Source: Spironucleus salmonicida (Eukaryota). Taken from it: a DNA stretch of 64,000 nt. Positions 63,207-64,000 of this stretch are shown piece by piece. The notes below the pieces were generated by a model. That model saw only the letters and a list, made by a program, of their open reading frames with translations, was not told the origin of the DNA and did no database searches. Positions within the stretch are counted from its first letter, which is position 1. Each line of letters begins with the position of its first letter. The stretch lies in NCBI RefSeq assembly GCF_000497125.1, contig NC_090603.1, forward strand, positions 558,001-622,000. Direction: 5' to 3'. A program made the position numbers and the translations under genes.

Positions 63207-63596
63207 TCAGTCAACACAAACAACCCATGACGCATTCACATATTATATTTATGGGACACCATCAAACCGGACTTTAAGAACTAAATTTTCATCATTATCT
63301 CCTTACTAATAAGCTTCAATAGCCTAGCAAGGATATAATACTGACATCCAGGATGTACCATCATGCCATATTGATAATAGTCGCTACCCTGGTTATATTG
63401 TTTTCAAATTTTATGGATATTTTTTGATAATAGAAGCGCTAATAGTTTACTATTTTGAAGTATCATCAGGTATGAGATCCATAATAACATACTAATCAGA
63501 AGCTGCAATATATTCGATAATTTCAGCTAGCATCCACTATAATTCATTATCAATAAGTACCCTTGCTATAACTGACTAACCAGGATCAAGACTCAT
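63207..63596 (-). CDS. SGF29: SGF29-like tandem Tudor domain protein (129 aa)
   Basis: PGQSVIARV...QWMLAEIIEY....QYVIMD...PGQRLLSIW....SVLYPC...VRFDG...VNASWVV parallels the SGF29 tandem Tudor. Confidence 0.65.
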
Positions 63597-63746
63597 TGAA
63601 AATTAAGTAAAATTATATATTTTAATATAATAATCTAATTGCTTCAAAGTTACATTAGTGAGAATATTACAATAACTAATTCACTCTATACTCGAGAATA
63701 AATATTATAATATTATTTGATATTCTTCCCTATATCTATAAAAAAA

Positions 63747-64000
63747 ATGTTCACGCAACCAATCACACCAAACTTCACCCTATCGATAGAGCCACAAACA
63801 GATGCTGAGATTTACGTAAGCATGAATAACATAATATCTCAATATCTACGCTAATTTTAGTTGCATGAGTTTCTTATCATGTTAAACAACCCTACTCAAG
63901 AACTAAATCGGCTAATTGAACCATATTTAGCAAACCCTGATATCAAGCAATTGGATCATAGTTTTATTCGAAGAATTTTACACCGTAGCCCATCTATGTT
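63747..64000 (+). CDS. hypothetical protein, 5' part (runs off the window edge)
   Basis: MFTQPITPNFTLSIEPQTDAEIYVSMNNIISQYL... open to the end of the window after an A-rich start context. Confidence 0.6.

Noticed and set aside
1-64000. rRNA, tRNA, CRISPR arrays, telomeric repeats
   Set aside because: No recognisable examples seen by eye; a tRNAscan-SE/Infernal run would be needed to exclude small RNAs

Overview
Gene-dense, apparently intron-free eukaryotic DNA that only makes sense with the alternative nuclear code TAA/TAG = Gln, TGA = sole stop (translation table 6). This code, intergenic gaps as short as 1-20 nt, AGTGA-type stop contexts and C-rich upstream motifs point to a hexamitid diplomonad (Spironucleus-like; inferred). 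The supplied standard-code ORF track fragments real genes and reports many shadow ORFs in GC-rich patches. Retranslating by hand gives about 40 CDS. These include two head-to-head giant paralogues (2417 and 2354 aa) built from about 8 and 7 tandem ~300-aa ankyrin-like modules and separated by a perfect 24-bp palindrome, and five single-module MG-start (probably myristoylated) relatives. There is also a 3536-aa BLTP1/Csf1-like lipid-bridge protein, two RMC1/Mic1-like proteins, an ankyrin-FYVE protein, CFAP52, SHIPPO, MORN and LRR proteins, and PSTK, PABP-like, PRP38-like, eIF4E, TAF8-like, Pirh2-like, DHHC and SGF29-like genes. A 1200-bp GC-rich segment is duplicated in inverted orientation (29882-31081 / 34598-35797) around a 3.5-kb two-gene interval. 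Sharp GC islands cut across genes, and several show a C-rich to G-rich skew switch. Protein identities come from remembered family motifs; no searches were run.
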